Below, one piece after another: positions 24,147 to 38,337 of a stretch of DNA of 64,000 nucleotides. The notes under the pieces are model-generated. The model saw nothing but the letters and a program-made list of their open reading frames with translations. It searched no databases and was not told the origin of the DNA. The stretch covers positions 62,001-126,000 of the forward strand of contig JAAOMT010000638.1 in NCBI GenBank assembly GCA_016748015.1, written 5' to 3'. Each line of letters begins with the position of its first letter. Positions within the stretch are counted from its first letter, which is position 1. This DNA comes from Geosiphon pyriformis uo1. Lineage: Eukaryota > Fungi > Glomeromycota. The position numbers were made by a program, and so were the translations under genes.

Positions 24147-25564
24147 ATTTAAAAAAATTCTCTCAGTTATCAAGTTTGCATTTCAATTCGAAAAAATTTT
24201 ATTTTTCAGAGTTTATAGTATGAGAAGAATTCAAAAATGATAATTGAAAGAGAAATTTTTTTGATATATGTGGGGAGGAGGGGGGGGGGTTTAAATTTCA
24301 CTGGGTAGTAACTATCATAAAGGTTGTATTTATAAAATAAAAGAATCCTTCGCATCCCAATTCGGGGATAAATTATCGTTAGTTTCCCTGAAAGAAGCAA
24401 TAAGAATTGATTTACCGATCAAGGGTCCAACACATCTTGTGATGTTATTAAAGGGTTATAATTCTTGCGATAAATTTTGTCATACAAAAATATATTAAAA
24501 AAAGATACTACCACTAGCCATTTTCTCTCTTATATTCTATTTTTGTCCTAATTGTTTTTGTCGCTAATTGGGTAAGGACATTATGTGAAACAAAATATGG
24601 ACTCGTAATTGTATTAAATTTATTAACAAAAGAGGGTGGAATAAATCAATTTTCACTGAAAATAAAAGTAATCCCTGTCAATGGGAAATCTAAAATGGTG
24701 GCTGAAACCAGGATTTATCAAATGGTCAATATTTTTGTCAGCATCTTTATGTAACTGCTTCATGCTAATACATGTAAATTTTTTTCTCCGGGAAGTTGTA
24801 CGCATATGCGAATATATGATTATTCCTTTGACTACAAAAAATTCTATCAAGTAAAAAAAAATTTTTCGACTATAATATTAATAAACTTGATAAAATTTTA
24901 TAAATTCCCTTTTTTTAATTTATGCCTTTAAATTCTTTTATAAACCATTCTAAGTTTAATAATATCAAATTAAAGAAATTTCAGAAAATTCTATAAAGGG
25001 ATAATATTTATCCAATTATTCAGGTAAAAGTCAGCTGCATCGCACCCCATGTTATAACAGTATACACCGTCCCATTTCATTTACGAAAATTGTTAACTTC
25101 CATAATTGATACAAAAATGTTGTAAAGAAGATATTAAGCTTTCATTAGAAAAGATTAATGAGCATCAATATACAGAACATAAAAAAATTTCCATAACGAG
25201 TTGTGATATGTAGATATTTTAGTAACAGAATGTATTTCCTAACAAACATGTTCTTTTTGCAATTGAGTCTATTTTGGATAATTAAAAGAATTTGAAATAT
25301 CTTGAATTAAAAATTTGATTAAATAATAAATAAGTACGCAAGAATTTTGTTCAATAGAAAACATGGAAAATCTTGAAAAATTGTGGGACCACATGGTGGA
25401 TAAAGATCATCATTGGAAGGCTCTAGCCTTTTCAATAATATCAGTACTTTGTCTTAGTAAATAGTTATTAATAATCATTAATAGATAAAATTCAAATATA
25501 TTCGGTTTTTATTGTTAAAAGATGTGAATCAAATATTATTTTTCTATAAGAGAATTTTATCTAT

Positions 25565-25605
25565 TTCTTCTTCTTCTTCTTCTTCTTCTTCTTCTTCTTC
25601 TTCTT
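25565..25605. repeat. (TTC)n microsatellite
   Basis: Directly visible. Confidence 0.95.
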
Positions 25606-27009
25606 TAGTAGGACAAATTATATTCATTTGTAGATTCGAATAAATTCTTGTTAAAAAAAGTTAATCAGAAAAGAAATTCAGAGATTTATATTGTTTTGTC
25701 TTATTTGAAATATTTTAATGAATATTTCTATCATAATATTTTTTTAGTTATTTGGAAGAAAATTAAATGTCAATCTTTAAAACAATTATTTTAAACCATC
25801 AAGATTTTTCTTTATTTTAATTAGTTACATATATATGTCTATAATTTACTTAAGCTTGTAAAAAAAATTTACAACCTCATTTTTTTAAAAAATAATGACT
25901 AATAATTTTCTGTTTTCAAAAAAAACTAAAATTAAACCAAAAGTTTAAGAATCAATTAAACCCAAAAAAAATCAAAAAAAATCTGAACTGTTTATTAAAA
26001 TAATATCTTTGAAATAGCCTAAATATTAAAAAAAAATTTCTCTCAATTTTTAATTTGATGAAACAAAAGTGTTTATACTTTTTTACCAGTCTGCTTTCGT
26101 TTAAATAAATTCACGACAAGTCAACTTTTTAAAATTTGAAATTGTCATTAAGCTTTTTCATTTATTTCAGCCAATGTTTTAAATAATGTTTATTTTTTTG
26201 CATGAGCTTTTTAGCCATAAAATTTAAATTATTAATTTCTTTGGAAAAGGGATAATTATTTACCTTAAATTTACATTCAAGATAAATTAAAATTTTTTTT
26301 CATTATAAAGTTTTAATTTCTATGGAAAGAAAATTAATTAATTAACTCTAAATTTTTCGGCTTTTTGGGTATTAGTTTCTGAAACCAAAATTTCAAGGAG
26401 TGGTTTCAAATGATTAGCAAACCTGTATCACATATTCCCTTTATTTGACATTGAAAATACGCCTGAAATTTTTTTTTCAAGTAAGTGGGGTTACCACACA
26501 ATTTTTAAGTGATTTCCAATTCTACTTGCTTTTCGACAATCTTAAAAATTTTCACCAATGGTTTCATTGGTTTTGCTTTTAAAGTGGGGTGATCAAAAAC
26601 TTTAAAAATGGGTAAATGAGAATTTGAAGATCAAATGAAAAGATAAAAATTTCTTATACGGACAAATCAAAACTATTTATGATAATCAAAATTTTTTTAT
26701 TTGAAGAGTTTTATTTTAATAAATGGCAAGTTTTGACTTTGTTTTTTATAAAAAAATTTCCCTTTTGATTGACAGTTTTCATAAAATTATTGTTGTTGTT
26801 GTTGTTGTTGTTGCTTTGATGTGTCAAGTAAAGGTAACTTTGAAATATTGGTTTTTTGTTTTATAACGTATTTGGAATAGTAGCAAAAAAATTTGTTGTT
26901 TTCTTTAAAGAGAAAAAAACATCCAATGCACACACGTAATAATTGAAATTTCAAGAATCTGGATTGTTTGATCTTGTATTGTTAGCACCATTTCTAAGAA
27001 AAGTCCCAA

Positions 27010-27370
27010 TCGAAAAAGAATATTCTTCAAATGTTTATCGAAATCTTTCCCAGTTTAAATCGAAATCAATTAGAATAGAATAGTGTAGATCCACGAGCCA
27101 TGCAACTTTAGAAAAAATGCGTCTCTTGGGAATTTCTCAGATATTCCAATTTTAGAGTTAATTTATCTCCTGCTGTAGTCTTAAAATTCTCATATCTTTT
27201 TGATTGGCTGCTTTTTCTAATATTGATAAAAAAATTCGGATCATTTATCTATAATATCTGATGAATCAGGATTATTTCAATGTTGAAGTAGAGAATCTAC
27301 TTTGGAAGCTTTGCAAATCTCTGGCAAGTCAAACTGATTTGATATTCGTCTGTTCAATCTTTCTGCAACC
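27010..27370 (-). pseudogene. Possible degraded BTB/POZ-domain gene remnant
   Basis: Minus-strand fragments H*NNPDSSDII, K*SEFF, KLTLKLEY and WIYT occur in BTB order, but with many stops and frameshifts. Confidence 0.3.
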
Positions 27371-27662
27371 TTAATTTTATGTTTTCATTTCTTTACATAA
27401 TGATCTTTCACATGTACTATTATGGTGGCATACAAAACAAAAAAATGATAGGAATCAAAATTCTTTATTATTTAAATCCTTGAGATTCTTATTAATATAC
27501 AATAATTTAATATCTGATTATCTAAAATTCAAGTGAACAAGTCTTGATTCAAATTTGCTTAAAGTTAGAGACCGACGTTTTTTTTTTCATACTGAATATT
27601 CCGTGGGAAGTCAAAAAATTGGGAAAAATCATCTGACATCAAAAATCAAATCTATAATCATC

Positions 27663-27665
<3 letters not shown>

Positions 27666-27732
<67 letters not shown>
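27666..27732. repeat. (TTA)n microsatellite
   Basis: Directly visible; causes the poly-Y ORF 27555-27743. Confidence 0.95.
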
Positions 27733-27734
<2 letters not shown>

Positions 27735-28574
27735 CATCAATAAATGATTTGAAATTTAAACCTACGCAACAATTATTTTTTTCTTTACTCAATAATTATT
27801 ATTCCAAAATGAGCAAGACTTTATTCCTTCCGCCTTCGTTTAAATATAAATTTCCCAAATAGTCACTTTAATACCCTTTTCTATTAAATTATTGAAAACA
27901 GCAAAAAAAAAATTTTCCGCGATGAATTTCGTTGGTTACTACGAGTGCATGTTGAAGTCAGTTGTGTTGCTATGATGCATGCACCCACTCTTGAAATTCC
28001 TGTATTCCAAATAAGCGGTAATGTAGTTTTTTACATGTGATTCTTATCATGAAAAATTTTAACCAGAAAAAGTAAACACAATAAATATTTTTCAAGCATT
28101 TAATTCTCTCACGAGAGAAAATTTTCATGCATTTCATATCGATATTACCAGCTTCACATGGGGACAATATGAGACTAAAGAAAAATATGATTGTTGACTT
28201 TGATAAGCTATTTTTTATCAAGATTGGCCATATCCAATTCAAATATCATATGAATTTTTTTCTCATTTTGTAAATTATAGAGCTCAAAAATTTTCAATAA
28301 AAACAGGTCATCAATCTGGGTAAAAAAATATTGAGCACTGACCTACCTACCTAATAGTTATGAAAAGTTTTCTACCCTACCCGTTTAACCATGATCAAAC
28401 CTTCAATTCCTCACTTTTCACCTAGAGGACAATATAAGCTATTCTTTCTAACGATAAATTAAATAAAACTGTCAATGCTCCTTCCACGCCGGTCTGGTAG
28501 GATAGAACATAAGCTTGAATTAAAATGTTGAGTAAAAACATCACATTTTTCCGTATCATCTTTTAGCATTTTTC

Positions 28575-28600
28575 ATCTATCTATCTATCTATTTATTTAT

Positions 28601-28658
<58 letters not shown>
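28575..28658. repeat. (ATCT)n/(ATTT)n tetranucleotide microsatellite
   Basis: Directly visible. Confidence 0.95.
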
Positions 28659-31048
28659 GATCGTAACCAATTTTTTTTTTCAACAATAACAAAGATGCCA
28701 AGGTTGTTAAAAAAATTCCGTTTCAATTTCGCGATTTAAAATATCGAATCGGGGTGAAGAGGGTTGAAGAAATACCTGATCATGATTTTCTCTCTCTTAC
28801 AATAAAGTAAACTTGCAGCTAACACGCATTTCAAAAATCATCCCTATTTGTAGAAATTATGCCTTCCGGGACTTGGGATCACTTTTATTCAAATACAATA
28901 ACTTTTATTGAAATATTTGGGAGCTTCAAAAGTCGTTTCTTGTAAATATATATTAACCGAAAATTTCGTCTTATCTGTTTACTAGCATTAAATGTGTGAG
29001 AATCGATATCTTCGCTTTTTTCTAAAACTTTTTTTTACCCGTAATTTAACGATATTTTCTATTTTCTATTATCTATTTTCTTTTCGTTCTATTTCATTGC
29101 AAAGTTGTGCAATCTAATTTCTGGTAGATTAGTTGAAATTTTTCGATACTTAAGTTGTCCTTATGATAATCATTTTTTTTTTAGTTTGAGGCTCTCTTTG
29201 TGCTTGTGCTTTGATCTTACGAAAACTTAGTTAAATATATATTAATATATATATATATATATGTGTGTCTTTTTTTATAGAAAAATGGTTTGGGAATCTA
29301 AAAAAAAAAATCTCATTGAAAACGTGATAAGATGTTGAAATCAATAATTTTTTTCATAAATATTCTTATAACCGGAAATGGTTTAACGTTATGTTAATGA
29401 AATTATTAAAAAATATTTAGTGAGAAATATTTTTACCTTTTTTGCTTACTCTTTCCATTCATCCAATAGATGATGTTATCATTGTCACAACAATTTCTAC
29501 ATCTATCCATAAATCACTTATAAAATGAATGATAAATTATATATGATATGATTAAAAATGAATCAAAAGCATATCCCCTCGCTAAAAAAGTGAATTATTA
29601 ATTAATTAATAATATTTGTTCATATTATAATAAAATTTAATGAGTGTAACACAGACCACAACCTTTTCAGTTGGTGATACGACAATTTTATTTCCATAGA
29701 ATATTACGATTATTCGGCCTCTGGTTGAACAAAAAAGCTTTAGTACAGGTTTTTCTTCATTAAGAACCAATAGATGAAAATATTGGATTTTACGAAATTA
29801 AATTCGGTTACACAAATAATTATAAAAAACACCCGCTGTGTTCCTGAAAGAGTGTAATTACCTTTGCACACATATGTATTAATATTTATACATTGTTGGC
29901 ATTATTTTTAAAAGCAAATATTGATATTAGGAGAATTTTTCGATCTTTTTTACACTTGTGATGGATGATGAATGATTTAATACAAATTAATTTTTAAAAA
30001 ATCTGTTTTTAATTTTAAAAAGTTAATTTGAAAAAATGATACGAACATTCATCATTTTTGATGTATAAACATCTTCAAATTCTAATTCTTTGAAAGTTTT
30101 TGCTTTTTTTATTTTGAGATTGGCTTATTCATATTCAACTCAAAATATAAAGCTGCTTAGTAATTATATTCAACTTTGGATGATCAAAGTTATCTTGAAT
30201 CTGTGTAAACTCCAAAGAGTATAACTTACTTTACCCTTGTTTAAGTTTTGGCAACCTTAAATTGATGATGATCTCTCAATTTTATTAGTGAGTGATACTT
30301 TATTATTCATAGATATTGGCCGAAAAAACCTAACCACTTTTCGAGAATTTTCTGTATTCATTTTTGTCGCCGCATTTTCTATGATCATCTATTCATATAT
30401 TATCATGAGAATAATACTCAAGAAGTTTGGAAAGATGACATCATTTGGAGAACCGAAAATATATTAAAATTTAGATAAGCATTTCACAAAAACTCTGTTT
30501 GTAAAGAAAATATTAAAAAGAATTTTTATCATCTTAGTTACAAGTTTAAAACTTAAATTATTCCTCAAAATCTAATTTTGAGTTATAATAATCATTATTT
30601 TTTGAATACTAATTATATAAGTGATAACTTAAATTAAATTCTTGCAATGAAAATTTCGTGCACATTATATATAAATTTATTATTATTATTATTATTTTAT
30701 TATTATAAAAATCAATCATGATACCCCCAATTTACAAGGAGCCGAAAGTGCAATCAAAGTTTAATTTCAAAGTGATTACTTTAGTGTTTAGTCAATATTA
30801 CAAATTACCGGGTTTTAGATCGCTTTAATAATATTAGATAAATAACCCTTAAAAAATAATTTATTACATATTTTGTTTATTTATTTATTTCTTTCTTTCT
30901 TTCATTCTTTCTTTCTTTCATTCTTTCTCTTTTAGAAACAAAAGAATAGGCGAGGTTGTTCATCAAATTTATTTTTTCATCCTTGCTATAAAGCTATATT
31001 GATATACTTTTCATTCAATTACTTTGCCTAATTAGTTTACAAATCAAT

Positions 31049-32174
31049 ATGGGCTGTTGCTGCTCACGAAAAATAATGGATAATAGTTTTGATGGCATAG
31101 CAAAGAAGTTTCAGATTATAGATGGGCGAAGGTACCATAATCTTGAAAATGCCAAATATTTTGGGGCTAATGATGATGGTGAAGCCTTTCGCTTAGAGGA
31201 ATTTCATTTTACCGTTAAAAAAATTTGGAATGGGAACTATCTATCCCCGATTGATGAGATTTTAAAGGCTGGAGCCAAAGTTTTGGATGTGGGGTAAATT
31301 GCATACGATACGATTAGTTGAAGAAAATTGCGTTAAATTCACTTTCCCAAAAAAAATTGCATTGTAGATGTGGCCCGGGTACATGGGTAATTGAAATGGC
31401 TAGAACTTATCCTAGATCTGAATTTATTGGTATCGATATTTCACCTATCTTTCCGACAAAAAACCTACCTCCAAATGTTCGCTTTCTCGAATGCAACCTT
31501 TTAGATGGACTGCCAATGGAAAATGACACTTTGGATTTTGTTTTTCAACGATTCTTAGTAGGAGGCTATACTGAAGAACAGTGGAAAACACAAGTAATCC
31601 AAGAATTAGCCCGTGTGACTCGACCTGGTGGATGGATTGAGTTAACTGAGGCTGACATTACTTCCCCCAGTGATGGAGAAGTCACTCAGCGTCTCAATGA
31701 AGCAGGTTATTATCATGTAATATATTTATTGGGGCGGCTATATCTGATTTTCTAATGATTTTTTTCTTTTTCCAGTGACTAATTTTATGAAATCTAAAGG
31801 AATGAATCCTTGTATTGGTGAAGACCTAAGAAAAATAGTTGAAAATACCGGAATGCTTACCAATATTAAAAGTGAAAGATTAAAGATTCCAATAGGAAAG
31901 CCAGGTGGTCAAATTGGGGAAGAGGTAAACAACAAGTTTTGATCTCAAAGCCACATAATGATGATGAAATTTCTAAAAAGTTCAAAAAAATTATTTATTG
32001 TAGTCTTTGATTTTCCTAATGAGAGCTTGGGCTTCAAGTAAAGCCCCTCTAAGGGCCTACATGAATATAACTCCAGAGCATTTTGATGCCTTTGTTGAAA
32101 CTCTGGGAATAGAAGCTGATAAGCGCCATACCGAAATGAGACATTATAAAGTGTTTGGCAAAAAAGGGATTTGA
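31049..32174 (+). CDS. Class I SAM-dependent methyltransferase (LaeA-like), ~300 aa, N-terminal MGCCCS; exons 31049-31293, 31368-31705, 31776-31924, 32004-32174
   Basis: DGRRYHNLENAKYFGANDDGEAFRL, VLDVG|CGPGTW, FIGIDIS, GLPMENDTLDFVFQRFL, RVTRPGGWIELTE. GT-AG introns sit at the same positions as in the paralog at 6953-8058. Confidence 0.93.
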
Positions 32175-32847
32175 ATTGAACATTAATCTTTAAGCACTTT
32201 TTTCAGATTTTTTTAAAATTTTAAAAAAAATATATGTTTTGAAAAATACTAAATTTCAATTTAACTGAAACTTTAATTGATTTTTTTATAACTAAACACA
32301 GGTTTTCGATATATCAAAAACTTCAAGCAATTTTTTTATAGTAAAACAAAGTATGTTTGAAAATCTAAAATATGTCAAGTATCGTCTCGATAAACTATGC
32401 ATAGAAAATACATTTACTTTACATAGCTGGGGGTTCTATTAAACGTGAAACTATTTTCAACCTTCAGCGTGGGGAAATAATGTGACTTCGTGAAATTAGG
32501 TGTCACATAACATTATTTTAACAAATCGCTCACAATGTTGTGAAGTTACAATTCTATGCATTTAAAAGAATGCAGTAGTAAGTCTTTTCAGCCTCTATAA
32601 ATTGCCGAATAGATCACACCTATAGCATGACGCACAATTTTTAGGCTCTCTTTCATTCGAAATTTCTTGATTTCTTGGTTCAAGCACAATTTTTTTGACC
32701 ACATTTATTGTGTTCATAACTTTATTATTTAGAAAGAAGATTTGCGAGTCCAGATTTTTTGAACTCCTGTCTACGTTTCATTAAATAGAAATTTTAACAT
32801 TTTTTTGTGAAGCTTTTAATAGAATAAAATTTATGCGCTGAATAATT

Positions 32848-32881
32848 TTGATCAACAAAAGTGTCAACTTTTGTTGATCAA
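32848..32881. repeat. Perfect 15-bp inverted repeat with 4-nt loop
   Basis: ttgatcaacaaaagt-gtca-acttttgttgatcaa. Confidence 0.9.
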
Positions 32882-34319
32882 GTCGCTTTCTTCATTTTCT
32901 TTCTCAAAACCACCAGTCCAATCGAAATTTGTACCAATTTTTTGATGCAAGGACAGGTGTAAATTGCAGCCTGCGCTGTTTTAAGTGGAGCCGCAAATTA
33001 TAATTGATACTTTTTATTCCATAAAGCGTAAAATAAAATCATTGGCTATAAATGCCCTTTTGCTGATCAATTCGCAAAAACCCCTGAATTAGCCCAATTC
33101 TTTTGTATGACAACAAGATGGATCCAATTTTCAGCCTAAAAAAATTGTATCGAGCCTGACCGAAAAACTCTTGGCAAAAAATCTAAAAGTAATAAATTTA
33201 AAGTTGTCCTTAAAACTATTTGACTAATTTTATAGGAATATTTTTAGATTGAAAAGTACCTAATAAACTGGTAGTGAAAACTTCCAAAGTTTAATTTTCA
33301 AAAACCTGATTATTAGGATATTTAGAAGATGTGAGCAAATTTTTTATTCAAAGCGAATATCTTCTCTCTAAAAATTTCAGCTTAAAATATCATTACTTTG
33401 TGTGTTTATACAAAGAAACTTATTTTCATTTGATAAAAAAAAAATCTGTAAAAGAACAAGCAAGTTTTCTAATTTGAAAATCCAATTTTCTGCGTTAAAA
33501 TTAATTTGGTTCCTTTTCCAAAAAGTGCTTATTTTAGGAATTAAAGTTCAGTGTCTATTTCAAATTCTCGATATATAATTATTAAAAGACTTAAACTTTG
33601 ACAAACCTCATGTCACTTTTGTAAACTATTTTTAACTTCATCTATCAAAGATAAATACAATACTGTAATGCTCCAATCAAACCTTATTAAGAATACATGA
33701 TGTTTTTTATTAACTGACATGCTTGCATCCCTGTCTTTGATTGTTTCATTTGTTTTACGCGACTAAAATGACATTATACTCTACAGTATTTAATTAATCG
33801 ATAAGTTTGAAAAAGAAAGGTTGTTAATTAATAACTTCTTTGCTAACATAATTTTCTATCAGAAAAAAAAAATTCTTATATTCCATATTTTTGTGTGCAA
33901 AGAGATTTTGAACAGTTATTGAATATTATTATTTCAGCAAAATTTTCGATTCTCAAAGTATCTCATAAGAGATTAATTTTGATAAGATTTTTATCTAAAT
34001 GCATGAGAATTAAAAGATTAAGGAATATTGCATTCGGAAAAGTTAAAACTCAATTCTCTTTGAATTTAAATTATTCCAAGACTTGAATTCCATGAAGCGT
34101 TACAGCACTTTTGAGTTCAATTTTAAAGTTCATTGCTTCTCACTCTTTTCTTTTTATGTTCATGAACAAAATTTTAGATACATTTATTTGGATAAATCTT
34201 GTCAATAAAGTTTTTTTCTATTAGCGCAATTAAAAATCTTGATTGCTGATGGTATTTTTCAAAGTATTTACTAATTTTTAGTTTGAAATTTTGAGAATTT
34301 TCTCTTGAATATTTAATTG

Positions 34320-34366
<47 letters not shown>
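34320..34366. repeat. (ATT)n microsatellite
   Basis: Directly visible. Confidence 0.95.
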
Positions 34367-34367
<1 letters not shown>

Positions 34368-37286
34368 GTGAAGCCATTCCTTCCTACTTTTAATATAAAT
34401 TGTTTATATTGATAAAAATTGTTTTCTAATCAATAATGTCTATCGCAGCTACTGATTATTATTTGACTTTCGACATACAATCATTTTTTGCCTTCTAAGT
34501 TTAGGTTCAATATTGATATATTTTCACAACAAACCCTTTTTCAGTCTTTGGTCATATCTCAGGCTTCCAGGTATAGTTGCCGATTCCCTTCAAAATAAAG
34601 TAACATAAATATTATCGAATTATTTTTCATTCAATACGCGTCATATGGCTAAAGAAAATTTAAAGTTCTACAACTCAAAAGTCAAGTTTTTCCGAATTTC
34701 AAATAATTACACTAATCATAATACTGTTTTTAAATAAACTAAAGCTATAATACTTTTAAGCAAAATACATTGATGTATTAAACTTGCTCATGAAAATATT
34801 AAAAGTGATCCATTTTGAATTTAACACCTTCCAAATTTTTTATCTTTACAAATTGAAGAACTAAAAAATTCAAAATATTATAGTTATTGTGTTTTTTACA
34901 ACAGTAATATTTTAGAATTAATTGCTCAGTTATTAAAATGGTAATAAGTGATATTTCACCATAATATTTGTATAAAATTTTTTACTCAATTAAATATTTC
35001 ATTTGCAATTAAATCTGAATCAAAAAAATACTCACTTATATATCAACATATTTCCTGTATAATTGAATAATTTTTACTTGAAAAGAAAATTAGTTTGAAT
35101 AATAAATTTTTAAAGAAGTCAGCCGATTCATCATTAGTTTTGTTATATTTAATATATATATATATATATATATAACCATATTTTTAGCACTAAGTTGTAA
35201 TATGATAATACCTTCTATATATAATGTAAGAAAAAATTGAATTTATAATTATTTTAATTAATTCCAAGGTCTATTGTTCGAAATTTGTCAAAAGAAATAT
35301 ATTTAAACCAAGACAAAATTGTAATTCCTCAGTAATTAAATAATAAAAAATCATTTTTAAGTCTAGAAAATTAGCTTTTTGTTTACAGTACTTTAATAAA
35401 AAATAGTTTGAATTTTTGAATTTTGAATTTTTTTTGGGCTCAATTTTTTTTTAAAGTCATTGTATGCTGCAATTGGATATTTTTAATATCATGAAAATTA
35501 TGAATTGCATTTTGCATTGTAAGCATAGAAAGATCTATGATAAAAGTAGATATTTTGTTTTAAGTAATTATTTTTAAATAATAATATTTACTTTGAAATT
35601 TTTTATTCATTTTTCGAAATAAAATGTTTTTTTTAATAAGGTATTAAGATTATTAATAAATAACAATCTCCAATTAATCAAACCAAGTATCAATATTTCC
35701 GTTAAAAAGATATGCTTTTTAATTATTTGAATGAAATTCTCATGTACTAAACCGATTGTAATTTTAAGCATTGAAAAAATAAAATTTATTGTTATAATTA
35801 AAAATTTCAATTCTAATACTAATTATAAATATTTGCAATCTTTAACCATTTCTTTTAAAAATAGTTATTAGAGTTTTATCGTTAGCAATAATATTAGTTC
35901 ATTTTGTCATCAATTTATTAACAAACAAAAAAACCATTATATATTATGTATTACTTATTTAAGATAAAAATCAAATATTAATAACACTTTCAAACAAAAA
36001 TAAAATATTTTATATATATTTTTGAATATAAAAAAAGCAAATACTTTGTATTTAAATATTAATTGATTGATTTCGAATGTACGAAAATTGTAATCATTTT
36101 AGAAAGTAGCAACTTATATATAAAATATCATTAAAGCTTAATTATTTTAAATTAATTATTCATAAAAAAATTAATTTAATTTATAAAAATATTTCGATAA
36201 ACAAAATATGAATTTTATCGAATGTTTTTTTTTAGAAATTTTTTATTCTTGTATAAAAGAAATTAATCAAAAAACTTTACTTCTTTGAGCATAAATTATT
36301 ATTTCCTTTTTTTCATAATTAAAGCTAATTTTACACTAAATTCAATTTTTTTTAATAATAAATACTAAACGAATAAAAATTATATTTTTTTATTTCGTAA
36401 ATTAAAATATAATATATTTACATTTTTTTTGCTTTTAAAGTATAAGAAATATATCAACTTAATTTTTATTAGTTTTTTTAAATTAAATTTAAAAACAATA
36501 TTCTAGGTTTTCCAAAACATATTTGTTTTATAAAAATAGCATTTTTATTTAAATTTTTGTGTCAAAAATAGTAAAAAACTTATTTTATTATTTGATAAAA
36601 AAGTAACACGTTATAAATTAGTTTCATTCTATCGTTTTTCATTTTGTACCTTGACATTTGCCATAATGCATTAAATTAACTTTGTAAAAAAGTATTCATG
36701 ATACGATTTTTTCAAGTCATGGGAATCATAAAAAATAATATCGGATGATCAAGTAAGGAAATTTTTACATGTAAATTAAAATGTATTTCAAGAATTGACC
36801 ATTTATAACCTAATTTATAAAAATGAAACTAACTTTTTCAATGCAATCACATGGCAATAATTTCTTAAATTCAGGGGAAATTAGTCGAGCATATCTTCTT
36901 TTTCGTTCTATAGAGAGACCAGTTAAATAGGCCATGTTCAAATATTGAATGAATTAATAAAGCGTGAAAATGGCAAAAAAATTAAATTTTTAATTAAATT
37001 TTTTACACGAGTTCCATATTTTGATATTCCTTAACAAGTGGCCCATTTACAATGGACCTAAAACCGGTACGATTTACTTTCATAAAGAGTTTGAATAATT
37101 ATGCGGATAAGTTTGTAATCGCATATTGAGAATTAAGTTTGAATTCTTACAATCGTCACACCAAAAGAAAAATGTTAAGTTGAAATATTTTTAAAGTACG
37201 AATAGTACTATTTAGAAAGTAAATAACTTGCAAGCTTAGATATGAAAATTGTTCCGATTATTTTGAAAAGAAATGGCGCTATGCAT

Positions 37287-37296
37287 AATAATAATA

Positions 37297-37334
<38 letters not shown>
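37287..37334. repeat. (AAT)n/(ATT)n microsatellite upstream of the BTB gene
   Basis: Directly visible. Confidence 0.9.
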
Positions 37335-37335
<1 letters not shown>

Positions 37336-37535
37336 GCCTTACTCGATTGGGAAAACCCATGAAACACAAATTCTTTTTTAGCTTTTAACAGTGCAGAAAA
37401 AAATGTTCACAATATTATGCGAGCCTATCGTGAATGATGTTAAAAGAAACAAAAAGAGCGTTGTTTCAGTAACATTCAAAATTTTCGGTAAAAGATTTTG
37501 AATTCATTTGCTATCATAATAACTCCTAATCAATA

Positions 37536-38337
37536 ATGCCGCACAATTCTAATATTCACGATGAATCTGTCGTAAGTATTTAACAGTATCTCCTCATCAA
37601 GCCATAGAATTCAATTTCACTTTTAACCCAGAGAATTGCTTTTCCCTATATCACCAGACCACCAATTTACAATCTCTCATCCGAAACCACTTGATAGAAA
37701 ACAGTAACCAAATTCAATCTATGCTTCTTGCTCAACAAAGAAGGCAAGAATACCTTTATTCTATAGGAAAATACTTTTGCTTTGATGCAGTAGATCAGTC
37801 AGATTGCACTCTAATCGTCATGCAGGAAAATCCCGAGACTGAAATCAAAACAGTTTACAAAGAATATCCTTGTCATCAAGTATTTTTGAATCTAAGAAGT
37901 CAATATTTTAGAAATATTTTTTCTGCATTAAATTATGTTGTTGGATTAGAAACCAACAGTCGAGTTCGTATTCGAGTTGTTTTAAAGGAACCAGAAGTTT
38001 CCAACTTTGAAGAATTATTATATTGGGTAAACGTAATTTTCAATCATATTCTTTCATAAAGTAATTCCTTTCATCAGTTCTTTAAATATTTTCTTTTGAT
38101 CATTAGATGTATACCAATGATACCAAGAATTGGGTTCAATATGGATTCACACCACAAAATCACCATTTGATTGCGCAAAATGTTCATATTTTGGGTTTGG
38201 GAAGAAAAGCAATGGAAATTTGTATTCGCTATAAATATATGCTTCAAATTCCACCGAGGATTTCAGACGCTTCGAATCTTAATATTGAGCAAAGTCAATA
38301 TGGCCAAGGAAATAGTGATCATGATTGCTATTCATAG
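37536..38337 (+). CDS. BTB/POZ-domain protein, ~211 aa; exons 37536-37571, 37658-38026, 38107-38337
   Basis: QSDCTLIV...YPCHQVFLNLRSQYFRNIF...NFEELLYW|MYTND is the BTB signature. Phase-0 GT-AG introns. The first exon is less certain. Confidence 0.8.

Noticed and set aside
27555-27743. Poly-Tyr ORF
   Set aside because: (TTA)n microsatellite artefact.
1-32174. Secondary-metabolite biosynthetic cluster
   Set aside because: No PKS, NRPS, terpene synthase or transporter is visible; it looks like paralog expansion.
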